Shown here: one piece after another, positions 61,993-64,000 of the stretch
How positions within the stretch are numbered: position 1 is the stretch's first letter
Layout: each line of letters starts with the position of its first letter
DNA from: Clostridia bacterium
Lineage (GTDB): Bacteria > Bacillota > Clostridia > Oscillospirales > Acutalibacteraceae
Assembly (NCBI GenBank): GCA_017430535.1
Contig: JAFRMR010000007.1
Span: forward strand, 61,817-125,816
DNA length: 64,000 nucleotides
Direction of reading: 5' to 3'
Made by a program: the position numbers and the translations under genes
Notes under the pieces: generated by a model
The model's input: only the letters and a program-made list of their open reading frames with translations
Told to the model about the DNA's origin: nothing
The model's database searches: none

Positions 61993-63270
61993 ATGAATTA
62001 TAGTGATACAATTGCTTATATTCATTCGCTTGAGCGCTTCGGCATAAAGCCGGGGCTTGAGAGAATATCTGCTCTGTGTGAAAAAATCGGTAACCCGCAG
62101 AATCATCTCAGGTTTATTCATGTTGCCGGCACAAACGGCAAGGGCTCAGCCTGCACAATGATTGCCGAAGTGCTGAAATGCGCCGGGTATAAAACAGGTC
62201 TTTACACTTCACCCTATGTAACGGATTTCAGGGAAAGAATACAGATAAACTCGGAAATGATTTCAAAAAGAGACCTGATATCCTGTGTCGGCGCAGTTAA
62301 AACCGCCTGCGAAAAATATGACATACAGGCCACCGAATTTGAATTTATAACTGCTGCGGCTCTTCTTTATTTTTACCGCAGCAAATGCGATGCCGTTGTG
62401 CTGGAGGTGGGCCTCGGCGGCAGGTTTGACGCCACAAATATTATTCCTTCACCCTCTGTTGCCGTTATAATGCACATAGCAAAGGATCATACCGCAGTGC
62501 TTGGCAATACAGTTGCGGAAATTGCCTTTGAAAAGTGCGGAATAATAAAACCCGGCTGTAAGGTTGTTTCCTATCCTCTTCAGGAAAAGGAAGCTCTTGA
62601 GGTTATTGAGAATACCTGCAAAAGCAATTCGTGCAGTCTTATTATTCCGCATACAGATAAACTGAATATAACCGGAGCCTCCCTAAAAGGTACCGGGGTT
62701 AAATACGGGAATTTATCATACAGTCTCCGCCTTCCGGGGGAGCATATTGTTTATAATTCAATTGCGGCAGTTGAGGCGGTCAGGGCTTTTGACTGCTCAA
62801 TTCGCGATGATGTTATTGAAAAAGGGCTTTCAGATACGGTTATGCCCGCAAGGATGGAGATTATATCGGAGAATCCCGCTGTGATTCTTGACGGCGGCCA
62901 TAATGAAGACTGCGCTGTTTCACTTGAGAAATTTGTTAAATCATATCTTGGGGGTAAGAATATCACAGTAGTTTCATCAATTATGCAGGATAAAGATTAT
63001 AATTCTTATCTTAAGCACATTGCTTCTCTTGCCCGCAGATTTATTGCGGTCAGGGCGGATGTACCCAGAGCTCTTGACTGCGAAACTCTGGCAAAAGCGG
63101 CTTCTGCCTACTGCGATAACTGTATTTTCGATTATGATACGGAAAATGCGGTTTTATCCGCCGCAGTGTCTGCAGGTGAAAATGATGCGGTTATTATCTG
63201 CGGCAGTTTTTACCTCGCAGGTGAAATACGTTCTGCGCTTTTAAAGAAATTAAAAGGAGACCGCAAATGA
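61993..63270 (+). CDS. folC: bifunctional folylpolyglutamate synthase / dihydrofolate synthase
   Basis: HVAGTNGKGS P-loop, Mur-ligase fold. Conserved valS-folC adjacency. Confidence 0.93.
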   Translation: MNYSDTIAYIHSLERFGIKPGLERISALCEKIGNPQNHLRFIHVAGTNGKGSACTMIAEVLKCAGYKTGLYTSPYVTDFRERIQINSEMISKRDLISCVGAVKTACEKYDIQATEFEFITAAALLYFYRSKCDAVVLEVGLGGRFDATNIIPSPSVAVIMHIAKDHTAVLGNTVAEIAFEKCGIIKPGCKVVSYPLQEKEALEVIENTCKSNSCSLIIPHTDKLNITGASLKGTGVKYGNLSYSLRLPGEHIVYNSIAAVEAVRAFDCSIRDDVIEKGLSDTVMPARMEIISENPAVILDGGHNEDCAVSLEKFVKSYLGGKNITVVSSIMQDKDYNSYLKHIASLARRFIAVRADVPRALDCETLAKAASAYCDNCIFDYDTENAVLSAAVSAGENDAVIICGSFYLAGEIRSALLKKLKGDRK

Positions 63271-64000
63271 AAAAAGAAATACCCGGTGGTATTTATCCCA
63301 CAATGCTCACGCCATTTACGGAAGATAACAAGATAGATTATAACGGCGTGCTCAGGCTTCTTGAGTTTTATAAGAATAACGGCTGTGACGGTATATTTGC
63401 CGTTTGCCAGTCCAGCGAAATGTTTTTTCTCTCATCTGAAGAAAAGCTTGAACTTCTGAAATTTATAATGGCTAATCTGCCCGAAGGTCTGGCTGTTGTT
63501 GCAAGCGGCCATACTGCAGATGATTTTGATACACAAATTAACGAGGCCAAAGCTTTAATAGATACCGGCATTGATGCCTATGTTTTTCTTTCAAACCGTT
63601 TTTGCAGGGAAGATGAAGATGACAGTGTGTTTCTCAGAAATTTTGAAAAAACCGTTAATTCGCTTCCGGATATTCCTTTCGGCATTTATGAATGCCCGTT
63701 TCCCTATAAAAAAATCGTTTCTCCTTATCTTATTGAGAAATGCTGTGAAATTGCGGAACTGAGTTTTATCAAAGACACCTGCTGCGATATAAACCTTATC
63801 AGAAAAAAACTTGAAGCCGCCAAAGGTACCGGGCTTAAGATTTTCAATGCAAACGGAGCCACATTCTTTGAATCTTTAAAGGCCGGCTGCGCCGGTTACA
63901 GCGGCGTAATGGCAAACTTCCATCCGGAGCTGTATGCTCTGCTTTACAGAAATTACAAAAAAGATCCTATGAAGGCAGAAGCTCTTGCATCATTCCTTTC
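63267..64000 (+). CDS. dihydrodipicolinate synthase/N-acetylneuraminate lyase (DapA) family protein, 3' end beyond window
   Basis: Not in the ORF track because no stop is reached. ATGA overlap with folC. My translation reads MKKEIPGGIYPTMLTPFTEDNKIDYNGVLRLLEF..., with the Schiff-base lysine context FIKDTC. Confidence 0.8.
   Translation, partial: MKKEIPGGIYPTMLTPFTEDNKIDYNGVLRLLEFYKNNGCDGIFAVCQSSEMFFLSSEEKLELLKFIMANLPEGLAVVASGHTADDFDTQINEAKALIDTGIDAYVFLSNRFCREDEDDSVFLRNFEKTVNSLPDIPFGIYECPFPYKKIVSPYLIEKCCEIAELSFIKDTCCDINLIRKKLEAAKGTGLKIFNANGATFFESLKAGCAGYSGVMANFHPELYALLYRNYKKDPMKAEALASFL

Overview
This window looks like a densely packed, mostly housekeeping chromosomal segment of a Firmicutes/Clostridia-type anaerobe. 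That assignment is an inference from gene content: RNase Y-YmdB, McsA/McsB, pyruvate:ferredoxin oxidoreductase, LL-DAP aminotransferase, a T-box leader, and the Bacillus-like order nusB-xseA-xseB-ispA-dxs-tlyA-nadK-argR-recN.

I call 54 protein-coding genes. Two are truncated by the window edges, and one is a 40-aa ORF missing from the supplied track. Many neighbouring genes have 1-8 nt start/stop overlaps, which suggests long translationally coupled operons. I recognised no rRNA, tRNA, CRISPR array, transposase, integrase or phage genes. One clear cis-regulatory RNA is present: a valine T-box leader ahead of valS. There are also two ARG boxes in the argG promoter and about a dozen intrinsic terminators.

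The most unusual signals are:
- An ~80-nt hairpin element occurs three times (5053-5130 minus strand, 33351-33429, 33560-33638), with compensatory stem substitutions.
- It sits partly inside a ~210-bp tandem duplication that starts in the last codons of rarA.
- Next to that is an accessory-looking locus (33.7-40.4 kb) with the strongly signalled 40-aa ORF and two convergent operons. Each operon pairs a GPH/MFS-type permease with a single-pass, membrane-tethered extracytoplasmic protein.
- An mcsA-mcsB operon lacks ctsR and clpC and instead continues into a DapF-fold protein and a PHP-domain phosphoesterase.

All calls come from reading the sequence and recognising motifs. No database search was run.
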